From a virus (taxonomy: Duplodnaviria > Heunggongvirae > Uroviricota > Caudoviricetes), in the IMG/VR virus record IMGVR_UViG_3300045988_004821: 64,000 nt of DNA; one strand, written 5' to 3'. Each line of letters opens with the position of its first letter. Within the stretch, counting starts at the first letter, position 1. The notes below the pieces were generated by a model, which was given only the letters and a program-made list of their open reading frames with translations, searched no databases and was not told the DNA's origin. The position numbers were made by a program, and so were the translations under genes. Below are positions 50,995 to 61,316 of this stretch, in pieces.

Positions 50995-51228
50995 TCATAA
51001 CAATTCCAAAATATCAATACGTTCACCCTTAAGAACACCTGTGCGGTCTCTTGCAATCTTACCGTCAACAATAAGGATATGCACACTCCTTAAAGTGTCC
51101 CGATTAAAACCTTTTACGAACTTACAAGGCATTACCACAATAGACATCTCCTGAATCAACTCTGGAGTATAGCAATTGTCGTGAAGTTGCTGAATAACGT
51201 CTGCAAGTGTCATTTTTGATGTCTCCAA
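50995..51228 (-). CDS. small protein, tandem paralogue A (77 aa)
   Basis: Shares IVDGKIARDRTGVLKGERIDILELL with the 51416-51634 product (IAGGKIAKDKTGYLKGERVNIESLL). Confidence 0.5.
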   Translation of the reverse strand: METSKMTLADVIQQLHDNCYTPELIQEMSIVVMPCKFVKGFNRDTLRSVHILIVDGKIARDRTGVLKGERIDILELL

Positions 51229-51419
51229 TACTCAATATCAATAAGTTCTTGTGCAATGCTTTTCAGATTGCCTTTCAAGAAAACCTTCTCAGAACCTGAA
51301 AGAGATGAATTGTCAATTAACCTGTTCATTCTCTCAAACAACTTCTGCTTACGATTCTTGATAGTTTCCTTTGAAGCACCTTTCATCATCGCTGCATGGG
51401 TTCTTCCACGGTGGCTCAT
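51210..51419 (-). CDS. hypothetical basic protein (69 aa)
   Basis: ORF between the two paralogues. Confidence 0.35.
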   Translation of the reverse strand: MSHRGRTHAAMMKGASKETIKNRKQKLFERMNRLIDNSSLSGSEKVFLKGNLKSIAQELIDIEYWRHQK

Positions 51420-51634
51420 AGTAAACTCTCAATATTTACACGCTCACCTTTCAAGTATCCTGTCTTATCTTTTGCGATTTTGCCTCCAGCGATAAAGATA
51501 TCTACTCTACGTAGAACTTCAGGGTTTACCTTCAAATTCCTACAGCTACTGCAAAGAACAATAAACAGCCCTTCAATCTCTTTTTGAGAGTAACCAGCAC
51601 ATTGCAACTGGACTTCAATTTCTGAAAGTGTCAT
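51416..51634 (-). CDS. small protein, tandem paralogue B (72 aa)
   Basis: Paralogous to the 50995-51228 product. Confidence 0.5.
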   Translation of the reverse strand: MTLSEIEVQLQCAGYSQKEIEGLFIVLCSSCRNLKVNPEVLRRVDIFIAGGKIAKDKTGYLKGERVNIESLL

Positions 51635-51695
51635 GTGACCTCCTATACAAGATACAGTATAAGGTACTCTTCCATGAGCACCTTGTCAATACTAA

Positions 51696-54395
51696 TTAGT
51701 GTACTTCAAGCCAGCTTTTACCAACCTTACCAGTACCTGTTACAAGTGTTTCTTTCTTAAGACCTAAGTTCTTAGAAGCTTGTCCATAATACCAGTCAGT
51801 AACTGCTTTCACTTCTGCCGTCATACTCTCTGGACATTCCCAGCTTGTTTCATCGTGATATGCACAGAGTAAACGAGCACCAATAGCTGGTTGACGACCA
51901 TTTAACTTCATCAAACCTTCGTCAATCATACGACGACAAGCAAGGTTAATTGCCTCATTTTGAATCTGAGCCTCTGAACCCATCAAAAGATAGTTCAACA
52001 GCTTGTGTGGAGATTTACACCACAACCAAGCTCCAGCAACCTTTACAAATCCCCCTTTAGAGATTGCAGCAGTCTTACCAAACACCTCTTCAAGTGCCTT
52101 TTTAGTTGCTTTGTAGTCAGCTTCCAAGTTATCTAATAGTTTCTTAATCTTTGGCAAACGCACAAAGTAAGTCTGTTTAGTTAATGCACCTTCCTGAGTA
52201 GTGGCTGCCTTAATAGTTTTAGCAAACTTCTCATCACCTGCACCAAACAGTAGTGCATAGATACCATTCTTAGCTTTCTTACGACCTTTGCTAATCTCAT
52301 GAAGAAGATTCTCATCCTGAGTAGCTCGACAAGTCAAGATGTCCTGCTCATCGTTCAAGCTAAAGTAGATACTGTTCAGTGTATGTGCATCAGTCCCTGA
52401 ATAGACAACGTACAGGTCATTCTCAGAGTCATAGCGAAGGTACTTATCAATCTCTGGGTTGAGGTACTCATCAAAATGTTTGCAGTAATAGCGTCCATCT
52501 TCTTGACGAATGAACTCAATTTCCTCTTTACCTTGCGTTACCGCTTTGGTGAAGTCTTTATCACCCATAAAGTTACAAAGAAGAACTAGCTGGGCTGAGT
52601 TCATATCTACAGAGACAACGTTAGTGCCTTCCTCACAAATCCACACTGCCCTCATTGGTTCCCCATAGACAGCAGCACCAGACGGTACGTTTACAATACC
52701 ATATTGTGTCATACGTCCAGTTGAAGTACCAAACACCATTGCACCAGCACTAAGGCGACCATCTGGACGAATCTGGTTCAACCAGCCTTTTTCATCGTCC
52801 TTTGAGTTCTCAATAGTTCTGCGTCGGTGCATCAAAGTGTAGTATTTCGCAATCTTCTGTCCAAGCTCACCTTCAATCGTATCATAAGATGATTCAGTAA
52901 GTTTTGGTGAAGTACGGATTAAGCAAGGCTCAAGCAAATCTGTGTACTTCTTCACAGACCAGTTATGTTCAATGTACTGTACACCTTCATGTTCAACATA
53001 ACTCAAACCACACCGCTCAACCATTTCCTGCCACTTAGGATGTTTTGTAATCATCTTTTTATTGTCTTTGAAACGACAAACTTTGACAGGGCGACCATCA
53101 GAGTCTTTCTTGTAGTTCCAGTCATCTGGAATCCAACCAACTGATTTCAAGTAGTCTTTAACAACTGCTACCTGAGTCATACGAGAAACTTCAAACTCAA
53201 TTGGTGTATATGGTGCATCAATCAAACCTGTGTAGCGACTTGACTCAAGTTCAAAGTGGTTAACAACGTGGCTGTTATAATACTTCACAGTCTTAACTGT
53301 TTTTACTGGCTTCCAGTCTTTGCATTTCTTACCAATCTTTGCGTTCAACTCGTTGCAAATTGCACGAGCATCCTTCATTGCTACAAAACCTTCCTTGTAC
53401 TCTTCACCAGTTACAGAGTTGGTTGGTGTATAGCAATTTCTCTTTTCAATGTTAAAAATCTTTGTAGTTGGCTTACCAAATGGCTTGATTTCATATGTCT
53501 GCATCTCACCGTTACGTACCTGCTGACGGTACTTCGTCTTAGGGTACTTGGTAATTCTCTTCAGTCCATCTGCATGACCGAACGCTTCAACATACTCATT
53601 CCAAGCTTTTGCAAACTCTTCTCCAGTAACTTTACCTTTAGTCTTAATAGTTGGAGGAAGATGTGGTTCAACTTCTGAAGCAAGCTCATTAGTCAACTTG
53701 TCAAGTTCCTTCACATGGAACTCCATAAGCTCTTTATCAGCTTTCCAACCATTGATAGCTTGTTGACTCATCCAGAAAGATGTTTCTTTAGCTCGCATAT
53801 AGGTTTCATAAGTGTCTATACCACACTTCTTTAACTTCAGGTATTCATTATCCAGTGCACGTTTAGTTTTGGCGTTAATACGGATATCTTCTACAACACG
53901 AGTGAAGATTTCTGCATTCCACACACCCCAATGTTCAATCTCTGGTTTACGTACACCAACACGAGCACCCCATGCTGCCAAGCCATGAGCACCTTTATAG
54001 CCTTTTGGAGTTGGTCTATCCATCCACTGAACACGAGATTGGATAAGAGAATCCTGAAAGAAATTACTCCACGGCTTACACTTTGGATTATCAAAGTTCC
54101 ATAAATCAGGTGCAATGTGATTGAAAACCCACCAGTCATAACCCAGACCATTATGGATGCAAAGTCGTTTCGCCTTTAGTGCAAACTCAATACCTTCACG
54201 CAAACCACCCTTAATGTACTTGGTGTACTTGTGACCGAGGATAGGCTCATCTGTAAAAACCCATACAGGTGGCTCTTCATCATCAGATTTATAGTCTGCG
54301 AAAGCCATTACGTGCACTTTAGTGAACTCAAGGAGTAAACCATCAGTTTCTGTATCACCAACTAAATGTAAGTTTTTAAAATCTACGTTTTCCAT
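51696..54395 (-). CDS. DNA polymerase, family A, with 3'-5' exonuclease domain
   Basis: Exo I motif LVGDTETDGL; Pol A motifs VSVDMNSAQL, RKKAKNGIYALLFGAG and YHDE; start set at MENVDF with SD GAGGGAG. Confidence 0.85.
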   Translation of the reverse strand: MENVDFKNLHLVGDTETDGLLLEFTKVHVMAFADYKSDDEEPPVWVFTDEPILGHKYTKYIKGGLREGIEFALKAKRLCIHNGLGYDWWVFNHIAPDLWNFDNPKCKPWSNFFQDSLIQSRVQWMDRPTPKGYKGAHGLAAWGARVGVRKPEIEHWGVWNAEIFTRVVEDIRINAKTKRALDNEYLKLKKCGIDTYETYMRAKETSFWMSQQAINGWKADKELMEFHVKELDKLTNELASEVEPHLPPTIKTKGKVTGEEFAKAWNEYVEAFGHADGLKRITKYPKTKYRQQVRNGEMQTYEIKPFGKPTTKIFNIEKRNCYTPTNSVTGEEYKEGFVAMKDARAICNELNAKIGKKCKDWKPVKTVKTVKYYNSHVVNHFELESSRYTGLIDAPYTPIEFEVSRMTQVAVVKDYLKSVGWIPDDWNYKKDSDGRPVKVCRFKDNKKMITKHPKWQEMVERCGLSYVEHEGVQYIEHNWSVKKYTDLLEPCLIRTSPKLTESSYDTIEGELGQKIAKYYTLMHRRRTIENSKDDEKGWLNQIRPDGRLSAGAMVFGTSTGRMTQYGIVNVPSGAAVYGEPMRAVWICEEGTNVVSVDMNSAQLVLLCNFMGDKDFTKAVTQGKEEIEFIRQEDGRYYCKHFDEYLNPEIDKYLRYDSENDLYVVYSGTDAHTLNSIYFSLNDEQDILTCRATQDENLLHEISKGRKKAKNGIYALLFGAGDEKFAKTIKAATTQEGALTKQTYFVRLPKIKKLLDNLEADYKATKKALEEVFGKTAAISKGGFVKVAGAWLWCKSPHKLLNYLLMGSEAQIQNEAINLACRRMIDEGLMKLNGRQPAIGARLLCAYHDETSWECPESMTAEVKAVTDWYYGQASKNLGLKKETLVTGTGKVGKSWLEVH

Positions 54396-54455
54396 TTTTA
54401 CTCCCTCTAAAATCATTAACCTCATACATTACTGCAAAAAATTATAAAAAGCAAG

Positions 54456-54478
54456 TTGACAATGTACTTGACAAGGTG
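54456..54478. promoter_or_regulatory. tandem TTGACA box (TTGACAATGTACTTGACAAGGTG), second copy
   Basis: Near-identical to 12411-12433; divergent intergenic region; palindrome AACGTATAGAATACGTT at 54588-54605. Confidence 0.4.
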
Positions 54479-54652
54479 TTAATCTTTGCGAAGTGGGTTT
54501 TTACTTAAAAGGTTACTTAACAGTTTAACTATACAGATACTTTAAAACTCTTAAAAGATTATTTAATAGCTTTTAAAAAGCTTTAAAGTATAACGTATAG
54601 AATACGTTAAGATAAAAGATTAAAACTTAATAGTTACTTAAAAGAGGCTTAC

Positions 54653-55075
54653 ATGCAGAAAATGTTTGTTCACCCAGACATAGCTGACTTTGTTAGAGCT
54701 TTGCAGAAGTTGGAAGAACTTGACATTGCTGCTCAACGGGAATATGCTCACCATCACAGGAGAATGGTTGATATACAACATGAAATAGAGTTGTCTGAAA
54801 ACTATGAAGATGACTTAAAATGCTCTGTATTTGAGCATATGAAAGATGTTGCTACAGCTAGACGTAAAGCTAAAGACACAGTTGCTTTACTAGATTCTCT
54901 TAAAAAGAGGTTGCAAAGTGGTACAGACCTGTGTAATCTAGCGTCACTGATTAATGATGTTGAAACTTCTTGGGATAGACATTACTATCCACGTTCTGAA
55001 AAGACACTTGACTTTTCTTCATCCGAAAACTTAAAATGTTCTAGAAAGAAACTTAACCAACTGAGAGAGAAATAA
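54653..55075 (+). CDS. hypothetical protein (140 aa)
   Basis: Plus-strand ORF. Confidence 0.5.
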   Translation: MQKMFVHPDIADFVRALQKLEELDIAAQREYAHHHRRMVDIQHEIELSENYEDDLKCSVFEHMKDVATARRKAKDTVALLDSLKKRLQSGTDLCNLASLINDVETSWDRHYYPRSEKTLDFSSSENLKCSRKKLNQLREK

Positions 55076-55076
55076 T

Positions 55077-55889
55077 ATGAATATCAATGTAGAACAAATG
55101 CTTGAAGAAAAAGGTATTGACGAAGCATTCTTAATCAATGCCGTAGAAAGCATGGCTATGATTCTTCGTGGAAACAACTATACAGAACAGTTTATGCCTG
55201 CAAGCTATAACCTGCCTAAAGACAAGTCTGATAACGGTGCTTTTGCAGAACAGGTTAATATGATGCTGTGTGACAAAACACTTGCTTTAGCATCTATTGT
55301 TGTAGGTGTTGATGCTCTTGCAGAGTTCATTTTTTATGAGATGCAGAAAAATGACTATATTGCCATGACCTCTGAAGAAAAAGACTCGCTACTGCTCTTA
55401 GGTTATGATGAGCTAGTTAACCTATTAATTTCGTCAACGAGTGCTGTTATGGCTGCTCTTGAGAAGCGCATGGAAGAGAAGCTTTCACGATATGAAAAAC
55501 TTGATTGGGGTGTAGAGGAATTAAACCCACGAATCAAAGAGATTATCCAGCAAACCAAAGATTCTTTGGAAGAAGCTGTAAAAAATGATTCTGTAGCTGA
55601 CATAGAGCCACTTCAGGTGAAAGTTGCATTGATGATTCCAGCCATCTCCACGATGATGAATATCGTTGCACTAATCCAGCTTTCACAGATGATGGGCACA
55701 AGCATTGAGTTCATTGAGAGTATGACTGGTGGTGTGAGTATGCAAGCAATCAATGATGTTCTGGTGAGTATTGGTGCTTCAATCATTGAAGAGAAGCTGC
55801 GCATTAACTTTGGTGATGATTTTGTGAAGCAAATCTCAGCTATGGCTGAAAAAGAGTATTCACAGACTAATACTGACCAACTGCACTAA
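55077..55889 (+). CDS. hypothetical protein (270 aa)
   Basis: Plus-strand ORF; hairpin plus T-run downstream. Confidence 0.5.
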   Translation: MNINVEQMLEEKGIDEAFLINAVESMAMILRGNNYTEQFMPASYNLPKDKSDNGAFAEQVNMMLCDKTLALASIVVGVDALAEFIFYEMQKNDYIAMTSEEKDSLLLLGYDELVNLLISSTSAVMAALEKRMEEKLSRYEKLDWGVEELNPRIKEIIQQTKDSLEEAVKNDSVADIEPLQVKVALMIPAISTMMNIVALIQLSQMMGTSIEFIESMTGGVSMQAINDVLVSIGASIIEEKLRINFGDDFVKQISAMAEKEYSQTNTDQLH

Positions 55890-55950
55890 GTCTTTATAAA
55901 CCTTACAAGCCTCCTTAGTTGGGGGCTTTTTAGTAATTAAGGGAGATAGA

Positions 55951-56694
55951 ATGAGTAATATTATCGCATTTACTGGAAAGGCACGTTCTGGAAAAGACAC
56001 CTCATGTTCTATTGTTAAGAATATCCTAGAAGATGAGTATGGCTACAATGTTGCAGTAATGGCCTATGCAGACAACCTTAAACTCTCTGCATCAAGGATA
56101 TTTGACTTGACTTGGAATGACCTGTACGGTGAAACTAAAGAGACTCCACAGGTTTTTGATTTATCATACTCTGAACTGATGTTCAAGGTCACAGAAGCTA
56201 TGGAGTTTACCTTCAGAGGCGAACGTTATCATACGGACTTCAAACTCATGTCAGAGTTAACCGGACGATTAATTATGGAACTAAAGAAGGTTGCTAAACC
56301 GACTCTATTAACACGTCTGGGATTTAGTAAAAAGTATAAATTTTCATCAAGACAGATTCAACAGATTTGGGGTACTGAAGTTATCCGTAAAGTTATGGGT
56401 GACAAATTCTGGGCTAAAGACCTCGAAAAACGAATGGTAAATTTCTTTGACGTTTGCTCACTTAAGAATCAGGACGGTGTTGTTTTAATCAGTGACTTAA
56501 GGTTTGACTCTGAAGCTGAGTGGCTGAGCAGATTTGCACACCAAACTATTGAAGTAAAAAGAGACAATGTGGATAAGGTTTCGTCACATGTTTCAGAAAA
56601 TGGGATTTCTACCAAATATGCGCGTGACATTATTCATAATAATGGTACTCTTGCAGACCTTGAAAGCAAGTTAAGAGCTATCCTGAAAATTTAA
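55951..56694 (+). CDS. P-loop kinase, deoxynucleoside monophosphate kinase-like
   Basis: N-terminal FTGKARSGKDT P-loop resembling phage dNMP kinases. Confidence 0.5.
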   Translation: MSNIIAFTGKARSGKDTSCSIVKNILEDEYGYNVAVMAYADNLKLSASRIFDLTWNDLYGETKETPQVFDLSYSELMFKVTEAMEFTFRGERYHTDFKLMSELTGRLIMELKKVAKPTLLTRLGFSKKYKFSSRQIQQIWGTEVIRKVMGDKFWAKDLEKRMVNFFDVCSLKNQDGVVLISDLRFDSEAEWLSRFAHQTIEVKRDNVDKVSSHVSENGISTKYARDIIHNNGTLADLESKLRAILKI

Positions 56695-56702
56695 AAGAGA
56701 GA

Positions 56703-56903
56703 ATGAAGATGAGAGTAAAAGATAATTTTAAAGTTATTGACCATCGTTTAGTGGAACTCTCATCTCTTTCCAATGAGGTAATGATTGAACGTCTTAAGAG
56801 AGTTGAATCACGAAGGAAAGAGATTGCAGATGAGATTCATGAACTGGACAAGATTGAAAATGGATTGAAGGCAGAACTACAACGAAGAGGTGCTAATGTC
56901 TAA
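56703..56903 (+). CDS. hypothetical small coiled-coil protein (66 aa)
   Basis: Short ORF immediately upstream of primase-helicase. Confidence 0.4.
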   Translation: MKMRVKDNFKVIDHRLVELSSLSNEVMIERLKRVESRRKEIADEIHELDKIENGLKAELQRRGANV

Positions 56904-58881
56904 AGGTCGTAAATTGAAAGAGGCTGGTCAGTTTGTTGGTCATTGTGCATGTCCACGTTGTGGTTCATCAGATGCTGGTTCAATCTACCATCACGACGAT
57001 GATTCTTATTCAATGACTTGCTTTAGTTGTAATAAAGGTTTCCCAGAGTGGGATTTTGATAAAGGACAAATTGTGAGCACTTATTCTACTGGTTCAGATA
57101 ATAAAAACCGTACTTTCCGTGGAATGGATTTAGACGATGTAAAAGAAAACCTTGAAGCAATGGACTTGAAAGACAGGAAGATTCCTGCAAAAGTTCTTGA
57201 ACGCTTAGGTATCAAGGTTGACATTGACAGTGATGGTGAAATTGATGCACATTTCTATCCGACTTACAAACGTAATGAAGATGGCAAACTAGAACATGTT
57301 GGCTACCGTGTTCGTCACCGTTACCCAGAGGACCATCCAAAAGAACACCTACGTGGTAAGCTAAAAGACTTTTCAGGTGGTGTTGGAGACATTAAAGGTG
57401 AACTGGCAATGTTCGGTTCATGGATTGCTCCAGAAGGTGGCAACCGTCTATTCATCTGGGAAGGTGAGATGGAATGTGCTACGGCAATCTACATGACTTC
57501 TCTGGCAATTAAAGATAAGTCTCGTCGTAAGAACTACTGTCACGTATCTGTTCCATCAGGTGCAAACATTAAGTCTATCAAAGACAACTATCAGTACATT
57601 ACATCATTTGATGAGATTTACTTGTGCTTTGATAACGATGAAGCAGGTGCTAAAGCAACAAAAGAGGCTGCTGGCATCCTACCTATTGAGAAGGTTCGTT
57701 TATTCCAGTATCCAGAAGGTGTAAAAGACCTTAATGAATGGTGGACAAAGTTCTATAAAGAGAAAGATACAGTTCTGGAAGGGTTTAAGCAGCGTATCTA
57801 CAATGCACCTCGTTACTGCCCTGCTGGTATCAAGAACTTTGCAGACGGTTTTGAGGCAATGAAGAATCGTGGTCAGATTCCATTGATTCCTTTTCCAGAA
57901 TCTTTCGGAGACTTGAACAGGCTAACTTACGGTGGTTACGGTTTAGGTGAGATTACGACTATTGCAGCACCATCTTCAGTAGGTAAGTCAGCTTACACTC
58001 GTGAGATGATTTATTCAGCTTGGAAAGAAACTGATTATAATATCGGTGTAATTCCTGTAGAAGATACCTATGAAGAGTTGATGGAAATGCTCTGTGCAAT
58101 CCACCTGAGCAAACAGATTTCTGAGATTCCTTATGATGAACGGGATTGGGATGAATTAAAGGGAGCACACGCAGAGCTTTCAAAAGGTCGTCGCATCCAT
58201 ATCGTTGACCATCAAGGGGCGATTGACCAAGATAACCTGCTGGAGTTTGTTGACTATCTTGTTAACAGTTTAGACTGTAAGATTATTATTCTTGACCCTA
58301 TTACATTGGCTCTGTCACGTTCTGATACGGATGAAGAGGAAGTCTTGTCTGAACTATTGCGTCGTTGCAAACGCTACCAGTATGCACAGGTAAACGTTTG
58401 TCACGTTCGTAAGAGTGCAGGTGGTCAGAAAGCTAACTCTGAAGGTGGAGATATCTCTGAAGAGGATATTAAGGGTTCTGGTGCGTATTTCCAGATTTCC
58501 ATGAACAACATTCTGTTAATGCGTAACAAGGTTGACCCAGACCCTGTTAAGAAAAACTTGACAAAAATCAAGTTAACTAAGTGTCGTCGTCATGGTAAGT
58601 CAACAGGTATTGCTGGTCATACTTGGTACAATCCAGACACAGGACGTCTTATCAAAGCTTCTGGATGTGGTGTTGACATTGATGGTGCAGCAGAAAATAT
58701 TCGTCAACAGTTTGGTATTGGTGAAGCTGAAGACCATTATGACGACTCTTTACCTCATTATGAGGATGAAGTGTTTGACCGTGAGACTGGTGAAGTCTAT
58801 ACTGAAGAACAGCGTCAAAGCTCAACGATTCCACCTGTATTAAGTGAGGATGCAGATGACTGCCCGTTTGAAACTGAGTGA
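56890..58881 (+). CDS. bifunctional DNA primase / DnaB-like helicase
   Basis: N-terminal zinc-binding CPRCGS..CFSCNKGF; TOPRIM-like EGEMECATA and CFDNDEAGAKAT; Walker A APSSVGKSAYT. Confidence 0.8.
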   Translation: MLMSKGRKLKEAGQFVGHCACPRCGSSDAGSIYHHDDDSYSMTCFSCNKGFPEWDFDKGQIVSTYSTGSDNKNRTFRGMDLDDVKENLEAMDLKDRKIPAKVLERLGIKVDIDSDGEIDAHFYPTYKRNEDGKLEHVGYRVRHRYPEDHPKEHLRGKLKDFSGGVGDIKGELAMFGSWIAPEGGNRLFIWEGEMECATAIYMTSLAIKDKSRRKNYCHVSVPSGANIKSIKDNYQYITSFDEIYLCFDNDEAGAKATKEAAGILPIEKVRLFQYPEGVKDLNEWWTKFYKEKDTVLEGFKQRIYNAPRYCPAGIKNFADGFEAMKNRGQIPLIPFPESFGDLNRLTYGGYGLGEITTIAAPSSVGKSAYTREMIYSAWKETDYNIGVIPVEDTYEELMEMLCAIHLSKQISEIPYDERDWDELKGAHAELSKGRRIHIVDHQGAIDQDNLLEFVDYLVNSLDCKIIILDPITLALSRSDTDEEEVLSELLRRCKRYQYAQVNVCHVRKSAGGQKANSEGGDISEEDIKGSGAYFQISMNNILLMRNKVDPDPVKKNLTKIKLTKCRRHGKSTGIAGHTWYNPDTGRLIKASGCGVDIDGAAENIRQQFGIGEAEDHYDDSLPHYEDEVFDRETGEVYTEEQRQSSTIPPVLSEDADDCPFETE

Positions 58882-59137
58882 TAGTTACAAAAGAGAGGGG
58901 TTCATACCCTTCTTTGAAGAAAAAAGTTTAAATGAATTTCAGGAAGAGTGTTTGACAAAGGTTGATAGGTTCTATAGAATGCTCTACATGAAATGTGATG
59001 GAGGCGTTGAGGTAGAAGAAAAGTTCCATCACAGTATGATAACAGTCACTATTACTATACCTCGACATAATATTGGTTGGCTGTTTATAATTAAAGAAAA
59101 TGTGTTTGAATATCAAGTATATCGGAGAATATCATGA
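58844..59137 (+). CDS. hypothetical protein (97 aa)
   Basis: ORF overlapping the primase-helicase 3' end. Confidence 0.35.
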   Translation: MRMQMTARLKLSDSYKREGFIPFFEEKSLNEFQEECLTKVDRFYRMLYMKCDGGVEVEEKFHHSMITVTITIPRHNIGWLFIIKENVFEYQVYRRIS

Positions 59138-59290
59138 AACACTCTAAAGCATTTGAACAAGTTTTTGGGGATTCCTTAAAAGCCACTGCTGGTAAACCAG
59201 CAAAATACTATGAAGAGAAGCGTGTAAGAACTGGAAAAACTGCACGTAAAGCAGCTTCTAAAGATAAGCACAACTTCCAGTAATTAATGT

Positions 59291-59319
59291 TTGACAATAG
59301 AGTATCAACAAATTAGAAT
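59291..59319 (+). promoter_or_regulatory. sigma70-type promoter (TTGACA-17-TAGAAT)
   Basis: Consensus -35, 17-bp spacer, TAGAAT -10, about 35 nt upstream of the 59356 gene. Confidence 0.55.
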
Positions 59320-59355
59320 TGGTACTCTTCATAAATTGAGATAGAGGTTTAAATA

Positions 59356-60213
59356 ATGTCTAAAGTTGTTAAAATGAAAGCTCCGGTAGAGAAGTACAAT
59401 GGTACTGAACGTCAAACTCTGCGTTACCTTCTGAAAGATGTTTGGTTTTATTACCTGAACACTTCACCACGTCCGGGTAAAGGTAAATCTATTGACAAGA
59501 AATTCCCAGGAAAAGATTGTAACTACAGCGTATCAATTCTGGCAGAAGACGGTAACAAACTCTTTAAAGAGTTTACTAAGTCTAAGAAGAACCCAGAAGG
59601 TTGGGATAAAGTTACTACTGAAGCAGTTGATGCAGATGACTTCGAAGAGAAGTTTGGTTGTAAACCACCTTTTGAAGCAGACACTTACTACATCTTGAAA
59701 GTAAGTCGTGCAGCAGCTTATAAAGATGGTGCTGTATGGACAGCTAAACAGTCATTCCCTGTAATGCTGATTGAAGAAGTAAATGGTAAGCGTGTAGCTG
59801 TTAAACAGCCGATGAAGAAAATCAAAGCTCAAGCATCCGATAAGCATGAAGATGACAAGAACTATGATGTAATTCATCCAGATATTGCAGTTGGTAACGG
59901 TTCTTTTGGTAGTGTGATTCTTTCTACTCACTTCTACACTTTTGAGAACAATGTTCTGACAAAACCTATTCAGGAACAGTTTATCATTGATACTCTTGTA
60001 CCTTACACTGGTGGTAACGGTGCTAACGGTGAACCTGAACTGGATGAAGACGAACTGGCTATGCTTGGTCTTGATGGTGTTGAAGATAATGGTGAAATCA
60101 CTGAAGAAGACGCAACAGACCACAAACCTTCGAACAATTCTGATGATGGTGACGATGAAGACTTGCCAGACCCAGATGACGAAGAAGATGAAGACTTCGA
60201 TACAGAAGACTAA
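59356..60213 (+). CDS. putative ssDNA-binding protein with acidic C-terminal tail (285 aa)
   Basis: C-terminus DDGDDEDLPDPDDEEDEDFDTED resembles the acidic tails of phage SSBs; sits in the replication block. Confidence 0.35.
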   Translation: MSKVVKMKAPVEKYNGTERQTLRYLLKDVWFYYLNTSPRPGKGKSIDKKFPGKDCNYSVSILAEDGNKLFKEFTKSKKNPEGWDKVTTEAVDADDFEEKFGCKPPFEADTYYILKVSRAAAYKDGAVWTAKQSFPVMLIEEVNGKRVAVKQPMKKIKAQASDKHEDDKNYDVIHPDIAVGNGSFGSVILSTHFYTFENNVLTKPIQEQFIIDTLVPYTGGNGANGEPELDEDELAMLGLDGVEDNGEITEEDATDHKPSNNSDDGDDEDLPDPDDEEDEDFDTED

Positions 60214-60275
60214 TCTCTAAAAGTTACTTTAAAGCCCTGTACTTAGTATGGGGCTTTTTCATATGGAGAGTCACA

Positions 60276-61316
60276 ATGGAGAAGTATACACTAACAAAAC
60301 TTCCCGATTCAGTTACACATGTCTTTATTGACTCTGATAGCATTGCCTATAAAGGTGCTTGTGTAGTTGAGAAAGCAAAATATAAATATGTCAATAAACT
60401 CACAGCAGAAGAATCTGAACCATTTGATAATGCAAAAGATGCTGCAAGATGGTTAGCAGACCAGAGAATCCTTGTGGAAGAGCTTGGCCTGACATTTGAT
60501 GAAGATGAATGGGAAAGACAGACTTGGAAAGAAGCTAAGAGTGAAAAAGAAGCTATCATGGCTACTCAGCAGGTTCTTCAGGAATGGCTTAAGGTTGTTG
60601 GTAAAGAAAGAACTTGGGTAGGCTACTTAACAGAGAAGGGTGTACATAAACATAAAGACATTAAAGGTCTTGAGCACCAATATCAAGGTAACCGTAAAGA
60701 TGCTGTCACACCAACACACTTAGTTGCTTGTCGTGAATATCTTCTGTCAAGACCAGAGTTCAAGCTCTTAAAGGGAGGCTTCGAAGCCGATTCCATCGTA
60801 ATTGCTAAAGCTGAAAAGATGGGTAAGAAGGCTGCTCTTATGAGTATTGATAAAGACCTTCGACAAGCTGAAGGGACTTATTGTATTGATATGACTTATG
60901 AAAAGTCACCACTAATTTTTATTGCTGATAATAATGTTGGTGATATCTGGGATTGTCCTATCAAATCAAAACCAAAAGCTGCAAAAACAGTTGGTGTAGG
61001 TTTTAAATTTTTGTGTTATCAGGCTGTTGCTGGAGATAATGCAGACAACTACTTCGGCCTTAAAGGTGCTGGCAAAGTAGCTGTGATGAATGCTTTAGAT
61101 GGTAAAGAGACCTATAAAGAGTGTCTTGATGCTATCTATGAACTCTATGCTAAAAAAGAGTCTTACACCTATGTGTCATGGGATGGACAGACTGTTACCA
61201 AAACACCATTAGAGTTAATGGAACAACATTTCTGGGTAGCATATCAAGAGAGAAATCCAAAAGATAATTTCTCTTTTAAGAAATATAATTGGGAGCCGTG
61301 TATGAATGAAGATTAA
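60276..61316 (+). CDS. 5'-3' exonuclease / flap endonuclease (FEN family)
   Basis: N-terminal VFIDSDSIAYKG, GFEADSIVI and helix-3-turn-helix region AGDNADNYFGLKGAGKVA. Confidence 0.7.
   Translation: MEKYTLTKLPDSVTHVFIDSDSIAYKGACVVEKAKYKYVNKLTAEESEPFDNAKDAARWLADQRILVEELGLTFDEDEWERQTWKEAKSEKEAIMATQQVLQEWLKVVGKERTWVGYLTEKGVHKHKDIKGLEHQYQGNRKDAVTPTHLVACREYLLSRPEFKLLKGGFEADSIVIAKAEKMGKKAALMSIDKDLRQAEGTYCIDMTYEKSPLIFIADNNVGDIWDCPIKSKPKAAKTVGVGFKFLCYQAVAGDNADNYFGLKGAGKVAVMNALDGKETYKECLDAIYELYAKKESYTYVSWDGQTVTKTPLELMEQHFWVAYQERNPKDNFSFKKYNWEPCMNED

Noticed and set aside
59134-59283. 49-aa basic ORF between the primase-helicase region and the SSB-like gene
   Set aside because: Below the ORF-track threshold with no motif and only weak translation signals; left unannotated.
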